Below are positions 40,511 to 52,781 of a stretch of DNA of 64,000 nucleotides, one piece after another. The position numbers and the translations under genes were made by a program. Origin of the DNA: Lingula anatina (lineage: Eukaryota > Animalia > Brachiopoda); assembly GCA_051362555.1 (NCBI GenBank), contig JBPQGU010000016.1:186001-250000 (forward strand), in the 5' to 3' direction. The number at the start of each line of letters is the position of its first letter. Position 1 is the first letter of the stretch. The notes under the pieces are model-generated. The model worked only from the letters and a program-made list of their open reading frames with translations, was not told the origin of the DNA and did not search any database.

Positions 40511-42607
40511 CATATCACATGACTGTCATGTGACACAAATTCCAGTGGATCAAGAAGAACGAAATCACCTGATTGACATAAATTAAGTGTCACAAATGAC
40601 TCTTTAATAATTGCATTCAATTTTTATTTAATTAACAAATTATTTATATATATTATTTTCTTCTTCATGCAACAGAAACGCTCGCATTTTCATGTGACGA
40701 TTTAACAGAATAAAGCATGTGAAGATATTAATCTCATACTGTTATAAATAAGTTTGTCCATCGTTTCTGTTAATTACCAAAACAACATCTCATTTAAAAT
40801 GTTTTCTCTTTATTTCACCTTTCACATGAAATGAAATGTACAAGAGCCCCAACCCACATATGACAAATGGAATCTGAAAATTGTTTCACATAGGGACTAC
40901 TTCACATCAACAACTATTGGTTAAAAGCCCATCAATCAGATGTTTTGGTCAGCCCAAAATGTGAATCTGTAATTTGGACATCGATTTACAGGGAGTCCTA
41001 CTCAAGCAAGCTCAACTAGCCAACCCAAAACTTCCGTAAGCTATCTAGCCGACCTTGTAAATATAAGCCTTCTTTGAGGCTAATGACTGTCCAAATGACA
41101 GCTTCTTGGAGAAAGCCTTGCTGTCAATAAAACATGGACCATCATGTGGTCTGAAGTAGTACCTGTGTGAAAGCTTCTCAAATGTAAATGTATGAAACTT
41201 ACAAATTTAAAAACCATGTTAGATTTTACTTCATGTTAGGATATAGGTAAAGATGACCAGAATGCCTCAATCTGTCATTAATGGTGCATGGAACTGACCT
41301 ACGTTAATAACTATATTTTCAATGGGGGATAATTGTAAATTTTACGGATACTGAAACTTGCAGTCCTACTTCCAACTAGCCGTTAACTTCTAGAAAATAC
41401 ATAGTGAAGAAACCAACCTCTGGCTGTGTAGGCGGCTTGGTCCACGTCAGGCCACATTGCCCAGTAATATCAGTGATACAATAAAATCATTTCATAACTC
41501 AAAGGGAGAATTAGAAACCCTCCTCTGCTGCCATAAGTAACGTCATTATGCTGGCGTGGAAACAACATAATACATTAATATATAAACTACCATGGCTTGC
41601 ATGGCTATTGCTTAATGATTCAGTTCTTTGAAGGTATTTCCAAAATAATGACTAGACACTCTTTAATGGCACACTGGCACCGTCTTGTGAAAACCAATAA
41701 CTATTCTGAAGTATCTAGTAATTATGACAGTAACAAGACGGTCAGTTGCAATCTGTCAACACTGTTATAACACTTGACAAACTGAATGATTTTAAAAGTG
41801 ATAATTAGAACTTTTTCTCCTGTAAGAGATCAGTATTATAAAAGATGACGTGTATAATTATATGAGAAGAATGCAATGATGTATATGGACAGCAGGAGTT
41901 TGATGTGAAACTAGGTCAACCTCCACCCAGCCTCTAACTGATGCTAAATGACAAGTATGCGTGTCCCTTGAAAATGAGGCAGAGAGCAGTCTGAGGTCAA
42001 TAGTATTAAATGTCATATATGCAAGAGAAAACTGATAATTTTTCTTTTCTTTATCTGGGGCTGACATGAACCAAATGTTTTGAAACTAAAACTAATGACT
42101 TATGATAATGCTTCGAAGTCTCTGCCCTGTCGATGTCCTCCATATCTGATTAGTACTTCTCTCTATTTTTTTTTTTTTTAACATCTTTATGTACGTATAT
42201 TTGCAATCAACAGAATCAATCTCTATGGCAATATCAACTGGTAACCTTTCCTTTTCTTGGTCAATGGGTCCAATAACATCCCAGCTGTCTATCCTGAACG
42301 TTGAAAAGTGTCAAATAAATCCCTGTCATCGTCAATGATAAAACTGGTGGAAGTGCTGTCTTCCCTGTTCTATTACTCTAACCAGAATGGAGTGTTTTTA
42401 ACCATGGGCATGCTTCTCGTCTGAAATAAAAACAAAGAAAAGTTAGCAAAGAGTTTTTAAATAAGCATGTGGAGCAAATAAGCATCTGTTGGGTCATTTT
42501 AGAAGGTAAACACACACTGAATCATTGAGACAAGAAATAGTTCCAATATTCTCCCACACCAGTTTCAACAGTTACTACAATGATGCTGGTTGCAGTAGGA
42601 CAAGGTG

Positions 42608-42812
42608 AAACCCCTTTACACTGGATGGATTCCTTTCTGCCACCATGAAACTGGCATGGCTGTGGTTGTAGATAGGAGGCAGAAGCATCACTTTGGTTGC
42701 AGAATGAATGCTCAATGATCAGCTAGTTGTCAGCACGTTAAGTATTTTTTCACTCTCAAACAAGGCCATACTATGGGCCACAGAAGATATGACGTCCAGT
42801 GTAAAGGGGGCT
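42608..42812. mobile_element. Harbinger/Tourist-like MITE in the ZNF706 3'UTR intron
   Basis: TIR CCCCTTTACACTGGA / TCCAGTGTAAAGGGG. Confidence 0.6.
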
Positions 42813-42937
42813 TAAGGAAGTTGTAATCAAACACTACGTTATGCTAAACATCTCTTGAAAATTTGAGAATAAATAAGAATTTATACATTGTTTTTCCATA
42901 ATTTGTGATAATTTAAGCTACCTTACCATACCTCACT

Positions 42938-43990
42938 TTACACCTCCTTCAGTTCATCTGGCAAAGTGGCCTTCGGATGTTTATTTTCAAAATGCTGTTT
43001 GTATGTCTTTGGGTCTGGCATCTGAGCCTAGGAGAGAAAGTGGTAAACTGGGGATACGATTACACTGATATTGCAACAGAAAAATATTTTGATGTGCTGT
43101 CCTTTAAAATGACCCATTTTACTTTAATTTTCTATCATGAAAATCAAATAACTTTGACTGCAATGGGAAACCACCATAACAAAACAAGTACAGTTCAAAT
43201 TTTAACAAATAATAATGATATAATAATAGTTTCACAACATCACACACAACGTTTGGTACAATTTCCAGTGAAATACTTGTAGTAGTTCTGTACAAGCTTT
43301 CAAAATATTACACACTGAAAAACACTGCTTAAGTATCAAGTCTTCACAGTAAACAAGGGGTGGGGGAGTGGGGGAGGTGACAGACATGCTGAAACTGTCC
43401 GATCAGTCATGACCGGGAAAATTTGTCTGGCGGTAAAAAATTGGAGGTGGTCGGTCCAAAGGAGTTTTAAGAGCCGCAATTTTGAATTTACAGTCATCAT
43501 TCGACATACTTCACTAATAAAATTATATGAAACCCAAAGCAATTTTTCCCTTCCATTTCAAACCTATCACATTCATGAACAAAGTAAGCTACCCTAATCG
43601 TACTTGTAGTATCTGTCTCAAACGAATAGAGTGATTTTTGGTCTGACAAAAATCCATTTGGTCTGTCAAATTTTTCATTACTGCCGATCCAAATGTTCGG
43701 CCATTCTGAAAAGTTTTCAGCATGTCTGGGATGAGAGACGGTACTTATCATACACACAGAGCACTTGAATGTCAGAGCTTTGGCAGCAGCCTTCTTTTGG
43801 TCTCCCCAGTAAAAGGGGGGGGGGGGGGGGGGGGAGAGAGAGAGACGGTACTTACCATACACACAGAGCACTTGAATGTCAGAGCTTTGGCAGCTGCTTT
43901 CTTTTGGTCTCCAGACTGTGCCTTCTTCAGCTTGGCCTGCTTCTCCGCATTCTTCTGCTGGGACTGGATTTTCTGCTGTCCGCGAGCCAT
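42938..43990 (-). CDS. ZNF706: Zinc finger protein 706 (4F5/SERF-like domain plus C2H2), 74 aa
   Basis: Exons 43990-43856 (MARGQQKIQSQQKNAEK...KAAAKALTFKCSVCM) and 43027-42938 (AQMPDPKTYKQHFENKHPK...). A 5'UTR exon ends at 45383 with a GTAAGT donor; putative 3'UTR intron 42931-42421. Confidence 0.96.
43381..43728. mobile_element. hAT-like MITE in the ZNF706 intron
   Basis: TIRs CAGACATGCTGAAA / TTTCAGCATGTCTG; degenerate 8-bp flanks GGAGGTGA / GGATGAGA. Confidence 0.65.
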
Positions 43991-44100
43991 TGTTTAGACT
44001 GAAATATTGGAACTGCTGTTTACAAATTGTTTATCCATGATGTTGAATTACTTGATACTGTCAGTTTTTGGGTTTTACAATGATATAATAATGCCTGTAA

Positions 44101-44315
44101 GAGTGCATTCCCAGAGATTCAGATCGATCCATCCAGATCTACCTAACTCCCTGGGAGTTCACGCTAAATTGCAGTCAGCCGAGCGCGCATGACAATTAAT
44201 TATCCCCTTACAGCTTTTGGTAGGCAAGACGGACGCTTAAGCCGGATAAGCTGACAATAATCTAGTGAGACTCCCCACAGGGATAGATAGATCTAAAATC
44301 TGTGGGAATGGGGTC
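44101..44315. mobile_element. PIF/Harbinger-like MITE, same family as 37926
   Basis: Shares CCTAACTCCCTGGGAGTTCACGCTAAAT...AATCTAGTGAGACTCCCC with 37926-38139. Confidence 0.8.
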
Positions 44316-45382
44316 TTTGGATAGGGAAATCAGTTCTTTGGATCTTCAGTAATACACACACACACACACACACACAGTTGTATCAATTATTTTAATGTCC
44401 ATAACAAATGAGTTGTGGCACTCATGGAATGAGGTTTGAAACTTTCAACAATTAATGGAAAAAATATGAATCTAAAAATTATTAACTTACTAGAATTTCC
44501 TAGAAACTAATTATTTAAATGAGAAAAATAGTAAATACAATTTTTCTATCGAGTTTGCTCAAATAAAAATATCTTATTAACACTACTTCATTTTGCTGTA
44601 TTTCTCTATACTCTTATTTTGCCTTGCTTTTATACTGAGATGAAAGGTAATACAGCATTACTGAGGTCTCAGTCATAATTTCTACTCAAAGTCATTATTT
44701 TTCTTCCACAGTATTCCAGTCAAAAAATTACATGAACAAAGTTATTCTGTAAATGTTATAAGGAAATAAATGGTTATTTGTATTTCCTCATGGACCAAGT
44801 CATGCTTCATTCATCACTGACAGTTCACAGACAATTTATTTCCTTGTAAAGGGTGTTGCACATATGGGATAATTTTTGTGATAAAATAATACGATAAAAT
44901 ACATACACAGCACACGATTTTGACAAAGATAAAACATTGTTGAATAATCAATGCATTCTACTGCAACAGTCAGTCGCCTAATGCCAAATTATAGTTATTA
45001 CACACAGATTAAAAACTGCACATCAACTGAACCATTGATGCAACAAGGCAAAACAAACACACTAGAACGAACAGCCGTCATTTTTTCTTTCAGATTTTAA
45101 AAACACGTATTTGTCTTGTAGCACCAAAGTCACACTTTCATCAGCGTAAAAGTGCTAATTCATCCCAAGACAGAAGTGGTCAAGACTAACGAGGGTTGAA
45201 TAAAAATACTGAAAAGTGTCTTGTTATCTCTTGTCGCCAATTTTGATCAGCTGTCGTCTTGTTTAAGCTCTGTAACACCTTGCCCGCCACGGAAAAATAG
45301 AAACACCATGATGACAAGATACCCGATTGCAGTATAACTATGCTACCGAAATACTAATGAAATTACAAAGTAATGTACTTAC

Positions 45383-45662
45383 GATTCCAGCAAGCTATAA
45401 AAGCTTGAAAACTTCTGAATGATGCGAAGCGGTGCGTTGAGTTTCACAACCGGAAGTAACTGTCTTACCATAGTCTTCCATATACGGAAGAAGTATGTTT
45501 TCAAAACCATATTTATTGGAAAGTAGTACCCATAAAGATAACAAAAAGTCATTTTAAGTTGTATTATAAACCATGACTTTAAAAAATACTTCTCATTTGG
45601 TGCAGTATTTACAATTTTTATAAATTAAACATTTCACCAGTTGACTAGGGGTAATTTTAAAG
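45383..45662. promoter_or_regulatory. Bidirectional promoter ZNF706/RCC1L, including the ZNF706 non-coding first exon
   Basis: ZNF706 exon 1 donor at 45382-45377 and RCC1L ATG at 45663; ETS/GABP motif ACCGGAAGT at 45449-45457. Confidence 0.7.
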
Positions 45663-47954
45663 ATGGCTGCGCCCACGTCGTATCATGCTTTAGGGCAAAA
45701 TGCAAATATACTGAGGTTTATATGGAGGGTAAGGAAAACAAAAATGTGAACTCTATAACAACACGTAGAATTTCTCTATGTGTATGGAATTGGCAAAAGT
45801 CAGTTTTCTCAATATGTCCAATAAAACAACAACTACACTACCCCCCCCCCCCCCCCCCCCCAACTCACTCACGGGAGCTTACTCACCTCTTCTGTACTCG
45901 TTTTAAGGTTCATATTCCTAGTTTTGGTTATAAGACATGTCTTGACAGACACCAGGATTTATTTTTACAAAATTCAATTTCAAAGACATCACTATATAAA
46001 TATGAAATGGCTTATTTTATTGGAAACTAGGAATATTAATTGAATATAATTTATCACTCAGCTGTTTAAATTATAGATAAATATGTCTTGGAATTTCTTT
46101 TGTGTCTTTTACAATTTCAGAAAGGGTTTTTATCCTCAATGAGAACAGAACACTGTCTTGTCACGCCATTCTTTACTTGTAACCGATGCCACGCTAAACG
46201 TATCGGGTCGTCTCCAGAAGCAAGTCTGCCATATTACACCAAACCTCCACAAACCCCTGGATCTCAAGATCACAGCATGAAGTTAAGCAATGTCAGGACT
46301 AGTGCATCTTGTCAAGTAATTCACAGGGGCACACAGACAAACATAACCACCCCACACAGGCCTCTGCAGACTGTGCTATTAAAGAGGCCCCATGAGGGGG
46401 TCAGCAGTTCTGTGAACCGAGTTCAGCCCTTGCACACTCTGTCAACTCACACAAAGAGCCTCAGCTGGAAGAGCAGGTACTCAGTGAGCCACAGGAACCT
46501 GTTAGCTGGAGTGGCCTGTGAGGGAGTATGTTCACTAGGGAACCCTCTTCCGCCACACTCAGGAGGGGGAGTGAAACGTTTTATGGCAAAGTGGATGACA
46601 AGAGTGTACGACAGGGAGAGGAAGAAGGAGATTGTGTATCAGTATGCCTCTGCTGAACCAGCACGCTCCACCAGAGTGTATGTGTGGGGATACGCAGGAG
46701 TAGGAGCCTTAGGTGAGGGCTGGGTCTCTAGCTTCTAGGGTTTAATTGGAAAGAAATTGGGGGTCTTAGTTTAAGGTTTGGGGAGAAACACCAGAGTGGG
46801 AGCTCAAGGTGAGGGCTGGGTTTCTTCTAGGGTATAAATGGAGAGAAACTGGAGGGTCTTAGGTGAAGGTTTGGGGAAAAACTGGGGGGAGGGGTCTAAG
46901 TTGAGGGTTTGGGGTAAAAAACGCAGGAGTGAGGTCTTGAGTAACAGCTGTGTTTGCACTAGAGTGTAATAAGAGAGAAACTAGGGAGGATATGTGTATG
47001 TCTTAAGTCAGGGTTAAAGGAGATATACACTGGGGGTTCTTAGGTGAGGGTTTGGGGAGAAACTGGGGTGGGGGAAGGGTCTAAAGTGAGGGTTTGGGGA
47101 GAAACACAGGAATGGGGGTCTTATATGAAGGTAAGGGTGGGGTATCAGTACGTGGTTAAAATAGGTCTACAAACAAACATAATATTTTCAATATCTGCTT
47201 TATGTTATAATTTAAACTTCTTGACATGTTGTTCAGAAACTTACCTACACTCTCTGCATTTTGTCTGTAATTTTGAATTAATCAGTTTTTCTGCTTAGGT
47301 TTGCCAACCTTCCTGAGACCCAAGGGTAAAAAATACCCCAAGCTGGTCCAGAGTTTTCCCCACAGGTGACAAAATGCAGATAATGTGTGTCATTTTAAGT
47401 GGCTTCATGATTATGTAAAAGATTAAATACAATAGTTATTACATATGCCATAATTAAGCGGCAAAATGTCATTGTTCAATTTTTTTATGTGTTCTTCACA
47501 ATGGCTGTTCAATAGCATTTATTATGAAAAATGTTTAAATTAAGTGAATAGACAAAATATTGTTTAACCAAATAAAGATGACCCAAATTTATAATGTTAC
47601 TAGTATTTGATTGGGTATTTCAACAATATATAAAGCTTTGTTTCCCCTGGCAGGTTTATGTTTCTCGAAACAAATAACTACCAGCCTATCAGTGCAGCTT
47701 GTGGCAACGGCTTCACTGTGTTTGTAGCTAAGAGGTCAGGTGAAGGTCACGTGATTTTGGGGACGGGCATCAACTCTGACTCACAGATTGGTTACCATGA
47801 GGCTCCTAAGGGATCAGGTAGGTGTATAACCCCACACTGCTTCACAGTGTTTTCATGAGGCTCCTAAGGGATCGGGTAGGTATATAACCCCATACTGCTT
47901 CACAGTGTTTTCATAAGGCATGTAGTTGTTACATGCTGATTTATATCCCACCTC

Positions 47955-47990
<36 letters not shown>

Positions 47991-50900
47991 TTAAGCAGGT
48001 AAACTACAGAAATTACTCTTCCAGTAAAACACTCAGAAAAATATCAATGTACTGTCAATGTTTCATTACAGGGAGGTTCCTAGACTACCTGATAGAGCCT
48101 GCACCCATTCTGTTACCGTTTCAATTCCCAGAGAAAACCAAAATTACCCATGTGGCATGTGGGAGGGCACACACTGTGGTTTCCACGGATACAGAGGGAG
48201 GTAAACCAGATCATTGGTTGCTATGGTTTTAAAAGGCTGGCTTGACGTGGGCATTTCTATGGAAAGTTGAAACAGGTTTTTAAAATCTCACTTTAAATCT
48301 TGAGATTCCCTATGAAAGTGTGTGTATTAAATCAGTTGAATTACCTCTTCTTCCAGTGTTCACTTTGGGCAACAACAGCTGTGGGCAGTGTGGAAGGAAA
48401 ATTGTAGAAGGGGAGGAGTATAGGTGAGTAGATATCATACCAAATAACAGCAAAATTGTGGGGAAAGGGGAAGGTGTTATCAGTTGGAGGTGTTTGGGTG
48501 AGTATGAATAATAATTATGATTATAAAACAGATGTGTAAAATGTGGCAGTGTGAGAAGTGATAAAAGTTTGCTAGATGATCTCTGTCATTTATGTTCATA
48601 TAAGTTTCATTTTTATGTCGACAAGTATATTGATATGCATTTTTTGTATTAATTTGTCATGTCTTTGCTGTCAATCTTTTGATTAGAAACTCCTAAAACT
48701 AAGTTGATGTTGGTTCATTTGATAAGCCAGTCAAAGTCCGTTTATGTGTAGAGTATCAGATCACAGGTTTTTTTTCTGAGAACAGTACTCTCTTCATTGT
48801 GTGAGGTAAATGTTAAGATTTATAAAAGTATTTACTCACAGTTTATTTTACCTTTCCTTGCAGCCACAACCCATTAGTGAACAAAGTGCCATTTGATGAG
48901 GAAATCAAACAGGTGATCTGTGGACAGGACCACACTGCAATACTCACCCAGAGTGGGCAGCTCTATACCTGTGGTCTGGGGGCAGATGGACAGACAGGTA
49001 GGTGTGTGTGTGTTGGGGGGTAGATGGACAGATGGGTAGGTGTGGTGACAGGTGGGCAGACAGGTAGGTGGGGGGGGGGGGGGGGGGGTTGTTAAATGGA
49101 CAGATAGACAGGTATGTTGTTTCTGGTTAATCCACCATCCAGTCATCTCCTAACCAGCTCCCAAATTTAAATACATTGCCGATCACATATACAAACTCTT
49201 TTAATTCTATTTAAGCAAGTAGTTCTGCCTCGTAAAGATTTATATTATAGTCTCTCATAGAAGAGGACACCTGTTTTTTTTTGTTTTTTTTTTCCAGGTC
49301 TTGGCCACCATGATTGTGCTGACAGTTTGACTCTGGTCGGGGGTGATTTACAGGGGGAGAAGATTGTCCACATCGCTGGACGCTCGGACACCATGTTGGC
49401 TGTGTCAGGTGAGAGATCATACCTGAGGATGACAGTTCCGTTGATGCGGTATATGTCATTAATTTTAAGGCTGTTTGCTATGCTGTGTCTATATTCTATA
49501 CAAGAAGGAAATGGGTTTCAGCAAGTATAGCAGTGTCTAAAATATCTTTAAATAATTATACTTGTCCCATATTTCAGTCAGGGGATGTATGATGTGATGT
49601 CTCTATATTCCAGATAAGGGAGACATGTTTGGCTGGGGTAACAATGAGTACTATCAACTGGACTGTGTGGAGAAGGACCGGATACAGGTCACCGAGCCCA
49701 GACGTCTCCCGATCAGTGACAAGATTGGTAAAGTGACACAGGTGGCTTCCGGGGGCACAAACTGTGGGCTACTCAGTGGTCAGTCTAGGTGGTTTTGTAT
49801 CAGTTATTTCATCTGTTAGTACATGTCAAGTAGACTATTGTAAAAAATTATAGGCTTTTTGTTTTCTTACAAAGATTCTGTGGTTAAAGTAAAAATTAAA
49901 TTTGTATCATGAAATTTTTATGTAATAATGATTCATGCATATTTAAATTGATGTAGTCTTTGTATGGAGAAATTCTGATTTAGAAAGTTTTACCTATTAG
50001 AGCAGATTACTTGAGCTATGATACTAACTGTGTAACCTGTGATAAGTTGTATTTTCATTCTGGTCTAGGTTTTACCTGATGGAGCAGAATCTAACTCTTA
50101 TGATACTAAACTCTTAAACCTGTTGCATTTTATTCTTATTCTGGTTTAAAATTAACCTGATGTAACAGATAACATCAGTTATATGATACTAATTCCAAAA
50201 TCAGTTACATGTTGTATTCTCGTACTGCTTTAAGAATTTTCACCTGATAAAGCAGCTTGCATCAGCCATATGATACTAATTCTGCCCATCTGGGATCCCT
50301 CCCATATTGTTTATAAATGTTTATATAGGTTTATACATGTTATGTTCTCATTCTGCTGTAAGAATTATCAACTGGCAGAGCATCTTAAAACAGCCATAAT
50401 ACTAATTCTCTCCCAACACGGCTCCCTCCCATACTAGCTGTTTGTATATGTTCATATATATATATTATATTGTGTTCTCCACCAGAGCATGGTGAGGTCT
50501 ATGTCTGGGGCTATGGTATCTTGGGAAAGGGACCAGCACTGGACCAGAGCCCTGTACCCACACAGATCCCTCCCATACTGTTTGGCAGAAATGACTTCAC
50601 TCCGGACACCAAGGTGACCTCTCTGACCAGTGGTCTCAGCCAGTTTGCCGCTATTACTGGTAGGTGTAGAGTAAGCAGGGGTGAAAGTGTTCTGGAATAT
50701 GCTGGATTTTCTGGGTTTTCAGTATTTATTTTGGTTGGTTCCACATGTTGTCTTAATCTGGTGAGTTTTTTTTTTTTTTTCGGTGGGGGGGTTCTAGTCA
50801 AATTGTATTTTAAAAATAATGAAACTTCACAAGTGGGTCAAGAGAAGATTAAGTTATCATTAGTTTAATTTCCCACTCAGTTTGTCTCTTAGCCTGAGGG

Positions 50901-51823
50901 TCCACACTTCAAAGATATTTTAAAATAACTGTAAGTTAAACTTGTGAAGAATCTTGTGTCTATACCTACTTATATTTGTCTGTTCTTACCATTTAAACTG
51001 TAAGTTAGGCTGTATTCCCAGAGCTTTTAGATCGATCTATCCCCGCGGGGAGTCTCACTAGATTACTGTCAGATAATCCGGCTTAAATGTCCGTCCCGCC
51101 TACTACAAGCTGTAAGGGGGTAATTAACTTTCGTGTCCGCCCGGCTGACAGCTATTTAGCGTGAACCCCCAGGGAGTTAGGTCGATCTAAAGTAGATCGA
51201 TCTAATCTCTGGAAATGGGGTCTTAGTTTTAAAGTGGCAGTTTCCTCCATTTCAGACAGAGGAGACCTGTACATGTGGGGGAAGAACAAAACTGGCGCCC
51301 TGGGCCTTGGCACCAGAAAGGACCAATTTTTCCCTCTCAAGGTAATTCTTCCTCATTCTTCTTTTCCCTTTCTTAATTACGTATTATGGAATCACAGAGG
51401 TGCTGCGCTGACAATCAGCACATGAAACTTCTCCGTCTTTTTTTTGTCTTGTTTTGTTTTGTTTTTGTTTTTTCGGTTGTGTGCCAGTGCCTGGATCTGG
51501 CAGAAGCTCAGGTCTGTCCATTCTTTAATGTGGTCTTCCAATAGTTTCTTTTGTCTACCTCTGCACCTCATTTTGTATGCAATTTGTAAATATAACCACC
51601 AAAATCCAAGAATTTTGAAATTGGCTTATATGAACTAAAGCTTGAGCAGAGAATTTGTAGGTCAGATGTATTACAACAGTTACAGTAACATTTTATATTT
51701 CCTCATTTCAGTAATGTGTTCTTAAAAGTTGTTTTATATCCCCAGGTTTCTCTTCCCTCCATGGCCGAGGCGGTTAGCTGCGGGGTGGACCACGTGGTCT
51801 GCATTGGGAAGTCGTTTTGCTGA
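45663..51823 (+). CDS. RCC1L: RCC1-like G exchanging factor-like protein (WBSCR16, mitochondrial); 12 exons, about 610 aa
   Basis: Exons 45663-45728, 46121-46712, 47299-47365, 47654-47817, 48072-48200, 48357-48423, 48864-48997, 49298-49408, 49614-49778, 50486-50659, 51256-51341, 51746-51823 (1833 nt). Motifs: RVYVWGYAGVGALG, SAACGNGFT, GINSDSQIG, VACGRAHT, VICGQDH, CGLGADGQTGLG, FGWGNNEYYQL, VWGYGILGKGP, DQFFPLKV, SCGVDH. The start codon is less certain. Confidence 0.93.
51008..51222. mobile_element. PIF/Harbinger-like MITE, inverted copy of 37926-38139
   Basis: GGCTGTATTCCCAGAG...CTCTGGAAATGGGGTC with TTA TSD; ends about 33 nt before the RCC1L exon 11 start. Confidence 0.82.
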
Positions 51824-52781
51824 AGTTTTATCAGTGGTCATCTTAAAAATGACCAGTAGTTGTAAAATATGTAGTGACCTCTGTTGTGACCATGACTGTG
51901 GACTGAATTGAAAGAGTACAGGTCTGATACTACTTCCAGCCTTAGAAATTAAGACTGGACCATCTGCCCGGGGCTGACAACTTTTAGTATGGGCTGATAA
52001 GTTTTCCCACCTGGCAAACATTTAGTCCAGCTACTTTTCAAGATGGCTGGACTTTCGGTCCAGCAACTTATTTTTCTAAGAGGCAAACACTGACTACTTC
52101 TGTTTGAACTGGTACAATATTTACTTCTGGTTGTTCTTAGAATTTTTCTTATCAAACTTTCAAGTTGAAGGAGGATTGTATTCTTTGTCGGGAATTGTCT
52201 TCAGGCTTATTTAAATGATTAAGCTCAGGAGAGGATTGTATTTAAACAAGTTCAAAGTCTAACTCCAACCTCAACAAACAACTTGAAATAATGTTGCAAA
52301 CAATGTGCAATAACTCTAATAAAATGTTTCTAATGGGTAATTTACAAGAATTGAAAGTAATTTGTAGCATTTAGTGACTGGGAATAAAATGCTTTTACAC
52401 ATCTGAAACGATTTTATTTGATGATTTTTATGAACATGTCAATAATAAAAATAAGAGTCCAGTATTTCAGTAAACACAAATTGAGAGTTTATTGACTTTC
52501 CATACTGCTCACTGCAGACGCCTGAAGTTGGCATAACAGCTCAAGACGGCTCAGGTTAATTACAACACAACGATGAATTACCTTCACAACTATGTACATC
52601 CTTTTCTCAAATTTATTCAAAGTAAGGATGGTATTAAGTACAGTTATTTCTTAATACTCTGTGACTGCGGGATCCCAGGTGGAGATAAGGCTCTCAGCAC
52701 TGCATTTAAATTTAAAGTCTACATTGGCATTGCCGAGTGTTTGTTGGTTGTCGCAGATTTTTATTTCTGGAATTTCTGAAG

